A DNA stretch of 64,000 nt from a virus, in the IMG/VR virus record IMGVR_UViG_3300044899_000017, positions 13,781 through 77,780 of that record; one strand, written 5' to 3'. Positions 63,862 to 64,000 of the stretch are shown here, in pieces. The notes below the pieces were generated by a model that saw only the letters and a list, made by a program, of their open reading frames with translations, was not told where the DNA came from and made no database searches. How positions within the stretch are numbered: the first letter of the stretch is position 1; every line of letters begins with the position of its first letter. The translations under genes and the position numbers were made by a program.

Positions 63862-64000
63862 TCGTGACGCGCTCGGACGTGGCGGGGCTGATCGGCCGCA
63901 TCCGGGGCTTCGACGAGGCGGCGCGGTCGTGCGGCGTGGCGAAGCTCGTGTGCGTCGCGGTCGGCCACGTGCCCGAGGGTCACGTGCCAGCCGAGGGGCC
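63858..64000 (+). CDS. 5' part of hypothetical protein (truncated)
   Basis: GTGA overlap, open to window end; C...GH motif. Confidence 0.5.
   Translation, partial: MIVTRSDVAGLIGRIRGFDEAARSCGVAKLVCVAVGHVPEGHVPAEG

Noticed and set aside
1-64000. Prophage or temperate lifestyle call
   Set aside because: No integrase, CI-like repressor, partition genes or host flanks seen; the unseen segment between the window ends prevents a firm lifestyle call.

Overview
The window is most of a ~72% GC tailed-phage genome, probably circularly permuted: the terminase lies at the right end and the portal at the left. It is a myovirus with a contractile PBSX/Xkd-like tail. An actinobacterial host is inferred from GC content, leaderless promoters and gene families. 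Essentially all real genes are on the + strand. Gene order: DnaQ-like exonuclease, portal, MuF-metallopeptidase fusion and other head proteins, protease/scaffold, capsid, neck, sheath/tube, frameshifted chaperone, enzyme-carrying tape measure, baseplate, repeat-rich fibre, endolysin/holin, then an early region (RecT-like recombinase, Cas4-like nuclease, HNH, initiator, DnaC-like loader, RusA, HerA, Ku, DpdA/TGT-like enzyme, many small ORFs), membrane genes and a lambda gpA-type terminase. No integrase, CI-like repressor, polymerase, tRNA or CRISPR array was seen. Best candidates for new biology: (1) a ~100-nt intergenic small RNA (33183-33283) whose unpaired seed is complementary, with G:U-compatible variation, to a conserved leader plus RBS of at least 8 early genes, six of which also carry a 17-bp palindromic operator; (2) small early ORFs that look like free-standing fragments of virion proteins (sheath, baseplate J, tape-measure transglycosylase, capsid, cement), possibly decoys; (3) an OatA/Ape-like SGNH esterase fused beside a lytic transglycosylase in the tape measure; (4) head proteins sharing an HPR..G.F motif and LxE protease-like sites. 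All family assignments are from motif recognition, not database searches.
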